A stretch of 64,000 nucleotides of DNA from an uncultured Bacilli bacterium. Lineage in GTDB: Bacteria; Bacillota_I; Bacilli_A; RF39; UBA660. Below the pieces are notes generated by a model, which was given only the letters and a program-made list of their open reading frames with translations, was not told the origin of the DNA and searched no databases. The position numbers and the translations under genes are program-made. Positions 47,933 to 57,493 of the stretch are shown here, one piece after another. The stretch is from NCBI GenBank assembly GCA_910584085.1, contig CAJTZY010000007.1:8074-72073 (forward strand). Direction: 5' to 3'. Each line of letters opens with the position of its first letter. Position 1 is the first letter of the stretch.

Positions 47933-50062
47933 CTATTTAATAGCTGCTTTTCTTGAAAAATTAAGTCTTCCTCTCTTATCATAGCCTAAGCATTTAACAA
48001 TAATTTCATCGCCTTCTTTAACTATATCAGTTACTTTTTCAACTCGGTTAGTATCAAGTTCAGAAATGTGTACCATTCCCTCACAACCTGTCCAAACTTC
48101 TACAAAGCAACCAGAATCAATTATTTTAACTACTTTAGCATTATAAATTTTACCTTCTTCTGGAGTTCTTACTATATCTTTTATCATATTTGCTGTTTTT
48201 TCTATTATATCTTTATCTGTGTGATAAATAACTACTCTACCATCATCTTCTAAATCTACCTTAACAGCATTTGCATCATTAACGGCTGTAACATTACTTG
48301 CTTCAAGTATAATCTTAGTAATAGTTTCTCCACCTTTACCAATAACTTCTTTAATTTTTAATGGGTCTATCATAAATACGCAAGTCTTTGGAGCATATTT
48401 ACTAACTTCCTTTCTAGGTTCAGGTATTTGTGTTTCTATTTTATCAAGAATTTCCATACGTGCTAATTTAGCTTGTGCAAGAGCTTCTTTAAGAATATTT
48501 TTTGTTATTCCTTTTATTTTAATGTCCATTTGAAGAGCACATATACCGTTTCTTGTTCCTGCTACTTTAAAGTCCATATCCCCTAAATGGTCTTCCATGC
48601 CTTGGATATCTGTTAAAATTGTATAATCATCACCATAGGTAATAAGTCCCATAGCAATTCCTGCAACTGGAGCTTTAATTGGAACTCCTGCCGCCATTAA
48701 ACTCATACAACCAGCACATATACTTGCTTGTGAAGATGATCCATTAGATTCAAGTATTTCTGATACTACACGTATTGTATATGGGAATTCCTCTTCACTT
48801 GGAATTACTTGAAGAAGAGCTCGCTCTCCTAGTGCGCCATGTCCAATTTCACGTCTACCAGGTGCACCATATCTTCCAGTTTCTCCAACAGAAAATTGTG
48901 GAAAGTTATAGTGTAACATAAATCTTTTTTCTGTTTCTAAGTCAAGACCATCTAATATTTGATGTTCTCCTAAAGCACCCAGTGTAGTTACACTTAAGCT
49001 TTGAGTCTCACCACGTGTAAATAAAGCACTACCATGTGTACGAGGTAATAAATCTATATCTGTAGATATTGGTCTAATTTCAGTCATACTACGTCCATCA
49101 GCACGCATGCCCTCTTTAACTACTATAGATCTAAATAATTCATATTCTATCTCACCAAATACAAGTTTAACTTTAGTAAGTAATTTAATAAGTTCTTCAC
49201 TATCTAAGTTACTATTTTCTTCCTCGTATTTAGCAACAACTTCTTCTTTAAGTGAATCAATTGCATTATATTTAGTTAATTTATCTTTAATTCTTAATGC
49301 TTCATCTAGTCTTTTACTACAATAGTCACTTATTTCTTTCTTTAATTTATCAGATATTTCAAGAACTTCATATTCCATTTTTTGAACGCCCATTTCATCA
49401 ATGATTTCTTGTTCAAATTTGCAAAGTTCTTTAATTGCCTCATGACCAAACATAAGGGCTTCTAACATATCATCTTCTGATACTTCCTTTGAACCTGCTT
49501 CAACCATATTTATTGCATCCATTGTTCCAGCAACAGTTAAATCTATATCAGATATTTCAGATTCTTCTACTGTTGGATTAATTATAAATTCTCCATTGAT
49601 TCTTCCAACTTTAACGCCTGCTATTGGACCATCGAATGGTATTTTAGATATACTCGTACATAGTGATGAACCAAACATTGCTGTAAGTTCCGGTGAATTA
49701 TCAGGATCTACTGATAATACTGTATTAACTATTTGCACCTCATTCCTAAAGTTTTCTGGAAACATTGGTCTCATAGGTCTATCAATCATACGTGCAGCAA
49801 GTGTTGCAGAATCTGTTGGTCTACCTTCTCTTTTGATAAATCCTCCTGGTATCTTACCTACAGAATATAATTTTTCTTGATATAATACCATAAGCGGGAA
49901 AAAATCACTTAATACATTAGCATTCTTACTAACTACAACAGTAGATAGTATCACAGTATCTCCATATCTAACAAGGCAAGCACCATTTGCCTGTTTAGCA
50001 AGTTCTCCAATTTCTACAATAAGTTTTCTTCCCCTGAAATCTAATTCAAATATTTTTTTCAT
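47933..50062 (-). CDS. pnp: polyribonucleotide nucleotidyltransferase (PNPase)
   Basis: Two RNase PH domains, a KH domain and an S1 domain (GKIYNAKVVKIIDSGCFVEV). The start is at MKKIFELDF (50062), preceded by ggaggt. Confidence 0.97.
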   Translation of the reverse strand: MKKIFELDFRGRKLIVEIGELAKQANGACLVRYGDTVILSTVVVSKNANVLSDFFPLMVLYQEKLYSVGKIPGGFIKREGRPTDSATLAARMIDRPMRPMFPENFRNEVQIVNTVLSVDPDNSPELTAMFGSSLCTSISKIPFDGPIAGVKVGRINGEFIINPTVEESEISDIDLTVAGTMDAINMVEAGSKEVSEDDMLEALMFGHEAIKELCKFEQEIIDEMGVQKMEYEVLEISDKLKKEISDYCSKRLDEALRIKDKLTKYNAIDSLKEEVVAKYEEENSNLDSEELIKLLTKVKLVFGEIEYELFRSIVVKEGMRADGRSMTEIRPISTDIDLLPRTHGSALFTRGETQSLSVTTLGALGEHQILDGLDLETEKRFMLHYNFPQFSVGETGRYGAPGRREIGHGALGERALLQVIPSEEEFPYTIRVVSEILESNGSSSQASICAGCMSLMAAGVPIKAPVAGIAMGLITYGDDYTILTDIQGMEDHLGDMDFKVAGTRNGICALQMDIKIKGITKNILKEALAQAKLARMEILDKIETQIPEPRKEVSKYAPKTCVFMIDPLKIKEVIGKGGETITKIILEASNVTAVNDANAVKVDLEDDGRVVIYHTDKDIIEKTANMIKDIVRTPEEGKIYNAKVVKIIDSGCFVEVWTGCEGMVHISELDTNRVEKVTDIVKEGDEIIVKCLGYDKRGRLNFSRKAAIK

Positions 50063-50078
50063 TATTACCTCCAAAATT

Positions 50079-50426
50079 CTATTTAAATATTTTTAATATT
50101 TTTCTTCTTGACATATTTTCTTTTACTTTTATATCTTTATTTTTTGTAGAGTTTAATTCATTTATTAATTCATTAATTGGTATTTTTTTAGCATTAGGAT
50201 TAATTATTATATCTCCATCACGTAAAAAATTAGGATTTTCTTTATATGTTACACCTGTATTTAAATCTATATAATTATACTTATCACTATAGGAAGCAAC
50301 CCTTTTTTTATATACCAAAGCTTTCCTTAAAAAATCATAATCTGCATCTGTTGTACCTGTACTACAATTAACATCTATATTTTTTATAGTAATTAAATCT
50401 ACTAAATAAACACTATCAGTTTTCAT
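50079..50426 (-). CDS. hypothetical protein inserted between rpsO and pnp
   Basis: About 115 aa, taken from MKTDSVYLVD with strong RBS gagggag. It ends 16 nt before the pnp start. Confidence 0.5.
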   Translation of the reverse strand: MKTDSVYLVDLITIKNIDVNCSTGTTDADYDFLRKALVYKKRVASYSDKYNYIDLNTGVTYKENPNFLRDGDIIINPNAKKIPINELINELNSTKNKDIKVKENMSRRKILKIFK

Positions 50427-50446
50427 ACCTAACTCCCTCAAATTAA

Positions 50447-50468
50447 AGACACTCAAAAAAGAGTGTCT
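50447..50468 (-). terminator. perfect 8-bp hairpin downstream of rpsO (terminator/attenuator or RNase processing site)
   Basis: AGACACTC-TTTTTT-GAGTGTCT on the minus strand, followed by TTTAATTT. Confidence 0.5.
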
Positions 50469-50484
50469 ACGATTTATAAAATTA

Positions 50485-50754
50485 TTATTTTCTTAAGCCT
50501 AAGTCTTTAACTATTTTACGATATCTAGTAACATCATTTTTAATTAAATAATTAAGTAAGCTTTTTCTTTGACCAACTTTATGAAGTAATCCACGTTTTG
50601 AATGATTATCTTGTTTATGAGTTTTAAAATGTTCAGTCAAAGCATTTATTTCATCAGTTAAAATTGCTATTTGTACTTCAATTGATCCTGTATCTTTTTC
50701 ATCTTTTCCAAATTTTTTAACTAATTCTGCTTTTCTCATTTTTGTTATAGCCAT
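50485..50754 (-). CDS. rpsO: 30S ribosomal protein S15
   Basis: An 89-aa protein from [11 protein letters not shown]... with [35 protein letters not shown]. The start at 50754 is preceded by aaaggag, so the track start at 50823 is too long. Confidence 0.95.
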   Translation of the reverse strand: MAITKMRKAELVKKFGKDEKDTGSIEVQIAILTDEINALTEHFKTHKQDNHSKRGLLHKVGQRKSLLNYLIKNDVTRYRKIVKDLGLRK

Positions 50755-50872
50755 AATTTTTTCTCCTTTCTTAATATTTATACGCTCACTTCCTAGTAGA
50801 AAATTGGAGTTTTTCTCAACCAAGAAACAAGTACAATAATAATATACACTATTTTCATTAAATATGCAAGTA

Positions 50873-52036
50873 CTATCGTATTTTTATTTTTTCGTTTTTA
50901 TATTCTATATGTATTCTTTGTATAATTCCTAGTGTAGCAATTAAAGATAATGTGAAACTACCACCATATGAAAGAAATGGAAGTGGTACTCCTGTAAGTG
51001 GTATAACTCCAAATAATCCACCAAGATTTACTAGAATATGTAAAAATATATAGGTAGCTGTTCCTAAACATATATATTTATTTCTCATTCTTTTAGTTTT
51101 CATAGCAAGTTTTAATATTCTATATAAAATTACTATATATCCTAAAAATATTAATGAACATTTCCATACACCGTATTCCTCTGCTATTATTGCAAAAACC
51201 ATATCAGTATGTGGTTCCGGAATATATGAATATTTTTGAGTACTTTTACCTATTCCTGCCCCGTTAATTCCACCATTATTTATTGCTATAAATGCATTAC
51301 AAATTTGATAACCATTTCCCTCATATTTCGAACAAGGATTAAAAAAATCAAATCTCGATTGCTGGGCTTTTGATAATACATGTCCTGATAAATTCATCAT
51401 AATTACAAGTCCTACTACTCCTATTACAGAAAGTATCCCAAGAGATTTTAACTTTTCTTTTTTAGAAATTGGGCTTGCTATAAACATGACCAAAAATATT
51501 CCAAATAAAATAATTGCTGTTCCTAAATCTTTTTGTAAAAAAACAAGTATTGGAAAGATTAAACAAAATCCAAGTATCTTCCAAATAACAATATCATGGC
51601 GTTCTTTCATATTAGTTAAAGTCTTATAATACATCTCAAAGAAAAGTGCTGTTGTAATAATTAGAACAGGTTTAGCAAACTCACTTGGTTGAACTTTTAT
51701 AAATTTTAAATTTATCCAGTTATTCGCTCCTCTTGTAGTTACTCCTCTTAAAATTAAAAACAAATTAAAACCTAGAACTAATATATATATAATCGGCATA
51801 AGTCCTCTATAAGATTTCGTTGGTATCTTAATTATTATTATGAACGCTATAAGACTGCCTATAAGTATTACTAGGTGCTTATAGAAGTAATAAAAAATAT
51901 CTGCACCTATATTTACGACAGCTTCACGGCTAGATGCTGTAACTATATTCAAAGTTCCGAATATAATTAAAATAAGTGTTGTAAAAAATAATGTCTTATC
52001 CATATCTAAAAAAGTTTTTTTAATATTTTTTAACAC
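50873..52036 (-). CDS. FtsW/RodA/SpoVE-family peptidoglycan glycosyltransferase
   Basis: A ~10-TM protein with motifs [22 protein letters not shown] and [12 protein letters not shown]. Confidence 0.88.
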   Translation of the reverse strand: MLKNIKKTFLDMDKTLFFTTLILIIFGTLNIVTASSREAVVNIGADIFYYFYKHLVILIGSLIAFIIIIKIPTKSYRGLMPIIYILVLGFNLFLILRGVTTRGANNWINLKFIKVQPSEFAKPVLIITTALFFEMYYKTLTNMKERHDIVIWKILGFCLIFPILVFLQKDLGTAIILFGIFLVMFIASPISKKEKLKSLGILSVIGVVGLVIMMNLSGHVLSKAQQSRFDFFNPCSKYEGNGYQICNAFIAINNGGINGAGIGKSTQKYSYIPEPHTDMVFAIIAEEYGVWKCSLIFLGYIVILYRILKLAMKTKRMRNKYICLGTATYIFLHILVNLGGLFGVIPLTGVPLPFLSYGGSFTLSLIATLGIIQRIHIEYKNEKIKIR

Positions 52037-52161
52037 TCATAATCACCTACTTTATATGTATAATATCATAAATATTAAAAATACTCAAGGATTCTAGGTA
52101 TTTTTAATTATCAAAATATACATAAAATAATATGATATATTGACTAGTTAGGAGGGTTTAT

Positions 52162-52326
52162 ATGTATTATTATGGTGGATACCAAGGATACGGTGGATAT
52201 CCTTATGGTGGTTCTGGATGTGGATGCAACCAAGGTTGTGGTACTGGATACGGAGCTGCTATCATATTAGTATTATTTATTTTACTTGTTATCGTAATAG
52301 GAGCTAGAGCTTTTGATGGAAGATAA
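52162..52326 (+). CDS. YjcZ-like tiny Gly/Tyr/Cys-rich membrane protein (sporulation-associated family)
   Basis: It is not in the ORF track (54 aa). RBS aggaggg precedes the ATG. The product is MYYYGGYQGYGGYPYGGSGCGCNQGCGTGYGAAIILVLFILLVIVIGARAFDGR, and a terminator follows. The ...ILVLFILLVIV tail resembles the YjcZ (tiny TM) family. Confidence 0.6.
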   Translation: MYYYGGYQGYGGYPYGGSGCGCNQGCGTGYGAAIILVLFILLVIVIGARAFDGR

Positions 52327-52350
52327 AAGGTTTCCCTTTTATCTTTTTTT
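52322..52350 (+). terminator. intrinsic terminator
   Basis: A perfect 9-bp stem GATAAAAGG/CCTTTTATC with loop tttc, followed by TTTTTTT. Confidence 0.65.
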
Positions 52351-52379
52351 ATGCTATAATACTTACTGGAAGTGATTGT

Positions 52380-52928
52380 ATGTATAAAAAATTAAATATT
52401 TTAGATGAAAAAAATCCACATTTAAGAAAGATTAGTAAAGATGCAAAATTACCATTATCAAAGGAGTATAAAGATTTAGTTAATCATGCAATAAATGAAC
52501 TTACATATAGCCAAATTGAAGAATATGCTGAAAAATATGATTTAAGACCAGGTATGGGTTTGGCATTTCCACAACTTGGAATAAATGAAAGGGTAATTGT
52601 TATAGTATATGAATATGATGAGGGAAAATTTGAAAATTACGTATTTGTAAATCCTAAAATTACAAGTTATTCTGATGAAATGATAGCCACTGAAGCTGGA
52701 GAAGGTTGCTTAAGTGTAAATCGTGATGTAGAAGGACATGTAAAAAGATACGCTAGAGTTACAGTGGAAGGTTATGATGTTAATGGAAATAAAATAAAAG
52801 TAAGAGCTCGTGAGGAACTTTCAGTAGCATTCCAACATGAAATTGATCATCTAAATGGCATTTTGTTTTATGATAGAATTGATAAGAATAAGCCATTCTT
52901 TAATGAAAATGAAATAAGACTAATATAG
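52380..52928 (+). CDS. def: peptide deformylase
   Basis: Motifs GMGLAFPQLG, EGCLS and HEIDHLNG. Confidence 0.95.
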   Translation: MYKKLNILDEKNPHLRKISKDAKLPLSKEYKDLVNHAINELTYSQIEEYAEKYDLRPGMGLAFPQLGINERVIVIVYEYDEGKFENYVFVNPKITSYSDEMIATEAGEGCLSVNRDVEGHVKRYARVTVEGYDVNGNKIKVRAREELSVAFQHEIDHLNGILFYDRIDKNKPFFNENEIRLI

Positions 52929-52936
52929 GAGGAAAT

Positions 52937-53014
52937 ATGAAAGGGGCATTTAAATATATTGCACTATTTATAGTGGCATGCATTTTATCTATAATTATAT
53001 ATTATTGGGTATGA
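52937..53014 (+). CDS. possible 25-aa hydrophobic micro-protein (MKGAFKYIALFIVACILSIIIYYWV)
   Basis: RBS aggagg lies 6 nt upstream of an ATG that starts 9 nt after the def stop. A terminator follows. Confidence 0.25.
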   Translation: MKGAFKYIALFIVACILSIIIYYWV

Positions 53015-53044
53015 AACTGTTAAAAAAAATTGAACAGTTTTTTC
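53014..53044 (+). terminator. intrinsic terminator
   Basis: Hairpin AACTGTT/AACAGTT followed by TTTTT. Confidence 0.5.
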
Positions 53045-53073
53045 ATATAAAAAAAATTAGAAATTTCTAATTT

Positions 53074-53775
53074 TTAACTTTGCTTAATTGAAGTATCTTT
53101 AAAAAAACCAGTTACTCCGTTTTCATTTCCTATCATATATGGATATTTGGAATCTTCAAATATATCTAATATTACTCTATTCCATCCTATCGCAATATCA
53201 TAATTTGCTTCATTAGAATATGCAGAATTAGAGTAATTACCAACTATTAGTACCCTATCACCTATCTTATAATCTGGAACTACATTAATTTGGTTATAAT
53301 GTGCAATCAAAGTCACATCATCATTTATTATTTCATTTTCATATAATTTATCATTTAGATACCAGCCTATAAATTCATATCCATCTTTATATACAATGGG
53401 TAAATTATTTATACTATTTCCTTTAAGAATTTTAATAGGTTCAATATTATATGTTGAATTTGACACATATTTTACATTAATATATTCTTCTTTAATCCAT
53501 TTTGCGCTCAAAATAAGATTACTATTTACTAATTCGTTAAAATCATATTTTTCTCCATTTAATTGCCATTCAACAAAAATATAACCTTTTTTTTTAGGCT
53601 CAGTTGGTTCAACTACTTTCGAATTTTCTTTTATATATTGAGTTAAAATGGATTCATCTGTACCAGTTTCAAATGATACAATATATTTATCTTTATAATA
53701 AAAGCATGATAAAATGATTGCTAATATAAAAACAATAATAAATATCATCATAATTGTTATCCTTTTCTTTTCCAT
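53074..53775 (-). CDS. membrane-anchored protein with two Listeria/Bacteroides-type (InlB B / Flg_new) repeats
   Basis: An N-terminal TM helix, then repeat motifs KKGYIFVEWQLNGEKYDF and KDGYEFIGWYLNDKLYEN, then a C-terminal ~70-aa domain. Confidence 0.65.
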   Translation of the reverse strand: MEKKRITIMMIFIIVFILAIILSCFYYKDKYIVSFETGTDESILTQYIKENSKVVEPTEPKKKGYIFVEWQLNGEKYDFNELVNSNLILSAKWIKEEYINVKYVSNSTYNIEPIKILKGNSINNLPIVYKDGYEFIGWYLNDKLYENEIINDDVTLIAHYNQINVVPDYKIGDRVLIVGNYSNSAYSNEANYDIAIGWNRVILDIFEDSKYPYMIGNENGVTGFFKDTSIKQS

Positions 53776-53857
53776 AAATCCACCTTAATTCATATTAAAC
53801 CTAATTATGTATTATATACATTTTTAGTATTAATGTCAACAGAGTGAATATATTATA

Positions 53858-54781
53858 TTGATGAAAAAAATACTATCTATATGTTTATTATTTTTTATTA
53901 TTAGTTTCATTTTATTTAATTCCATAGAAATTATGGAAAGTATAAGATTGTCCTTTAAAATATGTATAAATAATCTTTTTCCATCATTAATTCCATTCAT
54001 GTTATTATCAAACATATTAATTAATTATAATTTTATAGATGACTTAAGTGATATGTTTGGTAAAATAATGAATAAAGTGTTTAAGGTTAGTAAAAATACC
54101 TCATTCGCCTTTATTATGAGTATTATAAGTGGTACACCTAGTAATGGGAAGTATTTAAAAGATTTACTGGACAATGGATTAATTGATATAAATGATTGTA
54201 AGCGATGTTTAAATTTTTGCCATTTTACAAATCCTATTTTTATAATAGGCACAATAGGTTGCACTTTTTTAAAAAATAAAAAATTAGGGCTTATAATTTT
54301 AATAAGTCATTATTTATCTAGTATCTTGATTGGACTTTTTAACAATAAAAATTATTATGAATCTAATAACAAAAATTATATTCAAAAAAAAGAACAAAAA
54401 AATTTTATTAATATACTTAAAAGTTCCATATTTTCTACCATTAATACATTACTTTTAATTCTTGGTATAATAACAACTTGTCTAATTTTTACTTGTTTAT
54501 TAAATAATATATTCTATTTAAGTGATAATGTAAAATTCATATATGGTTTAATAGAGGTAACACAAGGGCTTAATTTTTTATCAATATCTAATTTAAATAT
54601 TGAATTTAAGGCAATTATTGCAAGCTTTTTAATATCATTTGGTGGGATCTGTATACATATGCAAGTATTTAGTATATTAGATAATAAAAAAATAAGGTAT
54701 TATCCTTATTTAATATCTAGAATAATTTCTGGAATTATTTCGGGTATTTTTACATATATACTTATAAGTCTATTTTATTAG
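53858..54781 (+). CDS. ylbJ: YlbJ-like sporulation integral membrane protein (nucleoside-recognition/Gate domains)
   Basis: The N-terminal ESIRLSFKICINNLFPSLIPFMLLSNILI resembles the YlbJ ...VVFPSLLPFFI.SELLI pattern. The protein is polytopic and shorter (307 aa) than the Bacillus protein. Confidence 0.6.
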   Translation: MMKKILSICLLFFIISFILFNSIEIMESIRLSFKICINNLFPSLIPFMLLSNILINYNFIDDLSDMFGKIMNKVFKVSKNTSFAFIMSIISGTPSNGKYLKDLLDNGLIDINDCKRCLNFCHFTNPIFIIGTIGCTFLKNKKLGLIILISHYLSSILIGLFNNKNYYESNNKNYIQKKEQKNFINILKSSIFSTINTLLLILGIITTCLIFTCLLNNIFYLSDNVKFIYGLIEVTQGLNFLSISNLNIEFKAIIASFLISFGGICIHMQVFSILDNKKIRYYPYLISRIISGIISGIFTYILISLFY

Positions 54782-55256
54782 AATTATATGGATATATTAA
54801 ATTAATTCCAAAATCTTCATTTTTATATAATTTATTTACTATTGGTATTTTTATTACTAGGAATTTGTTATTATCACTTATAGTATCTACATTTGTAGAT
54901 ACTTTTGTTATCTCTGGGTTTAATACTTCTGAATTATTATCAAGTTTATAAGTATAATCTCCGAATTTTATTAAGTTATTTGTAACAGTTAACCTTATAT
55001 TTGTTCCTTCATTAAATGTAAAATCATAGCAAAAACTGGATTCGGTACAAACTTCATAGCTAGTTAGATTATCACCATTTATTTTACTATTCATAGCATT
55101 ACTTAAATTTGCTTGCTCGATTAATAATTCAGTTTTGTTATCAAATTTATTATATATGTTTCTAATAACTAACCCAACATTTATAAGTACTACTACTATT
55201 GCAGCTGTAAGTGCGAATGTAGTTACTAGTTCAATTACTGTAAATCCCTTATTCAC
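54762..55256 (-). CDS. prepilin-type N-terminal cleavage/methylation domain protein (minor pilin/pseudopilin)
   Basis: MNKG|FTVIELVTTFALTAAIVVVLI is a class III signal with Glu at +5. Its start overlaps the upstream pilin gene's stop by 4 nt. Confidence 0.75.
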   Translation of the reverse strand: MNKGFTVIELVTTFALTAAIVVVLINVGLVIRNIYNKFDNKTELLIEQANLSNAMNSKINGDNLTSYEVCTESSFCYDFTFNEGTNIRLTVTNNLIKFGDYTYKLDNNSEVLNPEITKVSTNVDTISDNNKFLVIKIPIVNKLYKNEDFGINLIYPYNSNKIDL

Positions 55257-55738
55257 TCGTTATCACCAAACCTTAATGTCGCATATGTATAATTTTTAAA
55301 ACTTGCAATTAATCTATATTTTTGATTACCAGAGCCCTTAATTTTATCTATAAACGTTTTAAAATATTCATCATCAACTGAGATATTTCTTATATCAAAA
55401 TAATTATTTGAAATTATTATTCTGTTAATATTACTAAGTTCATATAGTTTATTACAATAATCAACGCTAGTAAATATAGAACAATTAGTTATATCAATTA
55501 TTTTATCGGGATTTATTGAACTATTTATTGCATTAAGTGCACCTGGATCAGACAATATATAATTTTTAATATCCTCAAGTGCATATAAATTTTCTACGGT
55601 ATTATATTTAAATGATTCCTCATAACTTTTGCTTATTGAAGTAAACTCGATAAAACTAAAAATTAAAACACCTGCTACAAATGAAGTTACAATTAATGTT
55701 TCAATTAATACAAAGCCCTTATTATACCAATTTTTCAT
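55253..55738 (-). CDS. prepilin-type N-terminal cleavage/methylation domain protein (minor pilin/pseudopilin)
   Basis: MKNWYNKG|FVLIETLIVTSFVAGVLIF is a class III signal with Glu at +5. Confidence 0.7.
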   Translation of the reverse strand: MKNWYNKGFVLIETLIVTSFVAGVLIFSFIEFTSISKSYEESFKYNTVENLYALEDIKNYILSDPGALNAINSSINPDKIIDITNCSIFTSVDYCNKLYELSNINRIIISNNYFDIRNISVDDEYFKTFIDKIKGSGNQKYRLIASFKNYTYATLRFGDNE

Positions 55739-55833
55739 AAAATATCTCCACTCTATCTTGAATTTATTATAATAATATTATATAATATATTTAGGATAAA
55801 ATCTAGTCATAAAGAAATAAAAAGGGTGATATT

Positions 55834-57456
55834 ATGTTAAAAAACTTTGACTTTGAAAAAACTCCAGTAGTTGAAATAGTAAATAATATTTTAGTGGATG
55901 CCTCAAAAAGAGGTGCTTCAGATATCCATTTTGATCCATATGATGATCATTTAAAAGTTCGTATAAGAATTGACGGTGAACTTATAGATTACACAAATAT
56001 TCCTGATACTATTCAAAAGAACTTAATAACTCGTATTAAAATAATTTCTGGAATGAATATTACTGAATCAAGATTACCACAAGATGGTGCGATTAAAGCA
56101 ACTCTTGAAGATATTGCTTTAGACTTACGTGTCTCTGCAATACCTACTAATAAGGGTGAAAAAATTGTTATTCGTATTCTTGATTATTCTCTTAGTTTAG
56201 CTGGACTTGAAAGTTTAGGATTTAACCCTGAAAACTACAAGAAGGTTCTTAAAATGATTTCTATTCCAAATGGTATTGTATTGGTTACAGGTGCGACTGG
56301 TACAGGTAAATCTACTACAGTTTACTCTATTTTACAAAAATTAAATAAAGAAAACACTAATATTATTTCAGTAGAAGACCCTATAGAAATGGATATTGAA
56401 GGTATTAACCAAATTCAAACTAATAGTGAAATTGGCCTTGACTTTGCAACAGTACTTAGATCTATACTACGTCAAGACCCAAATATCATAATGATTGGAG
56501 AAATTCGTGATACCGAAACAGCTAAAATTGCTGTTAGAGCATCAATTACTGGACATTTAGTTTTATCAACTATACATACAAATGACTCGTTAAATACAAT
56601 TGAGCGTTTACTTGATATGGAGGTTGAAAGATATTTACTAGCAAGTGCGCTTACTGGAATTATCTCACAAAAATTAGCTCGTAAGTTATGTCCACATTGT
56701 AGAAAGCTAAGACCTACAAATGATTATGAAAAAAATTTAATAAAAAGAGTTACTGGTAAAGTAGTTAATGAAATATATACAGCAGTTGGTTGTGAAGAAT
56801 GTAAAAATGGTTATAATGGACGTATAGCAATACATGAAGTGTTACTTATAAATCAGGATATAAAAGATGCTATAAGCTCAAATATGAAAAAAGATGAGTT
56901 AAGACATTTAGTTTATAATAGTGATGTTATATCATTATTACAAGACGGTATCAATAAAGTTTTAGATGGTCAAACTACATTAGAAGAATTATTAAAGATT
57001 ATTGAACTTGATGATGATGAAGTAGTCCACTCTACTGGACTTGAAAATGCTATTGAGGTAAATGAATTAACTAAAGAAGAAACTAGAAATGAAGAAACTG
57101 AAGAAAAACATGAGGATAGTGATTCAAGTTTTACAGAAAATGTATTTGATGATATGTTTATTCAATCAGAAGATACTGCATCTAAGCAATATGATTCATT
57201 AAATAATATTTCTATTAATAATGATGATTCTATGTTTGCAACTGAAACTTCTAATGATGAAGAAAATAGTTTCATGTTTGGTCCATCAGCTGATGAGACT
57301 CCAAAACAAAATAGTAAATTACAGGACGATTTAAATGCTACTCATCACAATAATTTATCTCTACAACAAGAACAAGCAAATAACATTTCAGATAATAATA
57401 AGAATAGTAAATTTAATACTTCAATATTTAAATCTAAAAAAAATATATTTAAATAA
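55834..57456 (+). CDS. pilB: type IV pilus/competence pseudopilus assembly ATPase (GspE/PilB/ComGA family) with ~140-aa acidic C-terminal tail
   Basis: SDIHFDP, Walker A GATGTGKSTT, Asp box, Walker B IIMIGEIRD, His box HLVLSTIHTND and a tetracysteine CPHC...CEEC. It lacks a long N1 domain. Confidence 0.9.
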   Translation: MLKNFDFEKTPVVEIVNNILVDASKRGASDIHFDPYDDHLKVRIRIDGELIDYTNIPDTIQKNLITRIKIISGMNITESRLPQDGAIKATLEDIALDLRVSAIPTNKGEKIVIRILDYSLSLAGLESLGFNPENYKKVLKMISIPNGIVLVTGATGTGKSTTVYSILQKLNKENTNIISVEDPIEMDIEGINQIQTNSEIGLDFATVLRSILRQDPNIIMIGEIRDTETAKIAVRASITGHLVLSTIHTNDSLNTIERLLDMEVERYLLASALTGIISQKLARKLCPHCRKLRPTNDYEKNLIKRVTGKVVNEIYTAVGCEECKNGYNGRIAIHEVLLINQDIKDAISSNMKKDELRHLVYNSDVISLLQDGINKVLDGQTTLEELLKIIELDDDEVVHSTGLENAIEVNELTKEETRNEETEEKHEDSDSSFTENVFDDMFIQSEDTASKQYDSLNNISINNDDSMFATETSNDEENSFMFGPSADETPKQNSKLQDDLNATHHNNLSLQQEQANNISDNNKNSKFNTSIFKSKKNIFK

Positions 57457-57493
57457 GTCAAAAGACTTATTTTTTTATCAAAAAACAATATTT

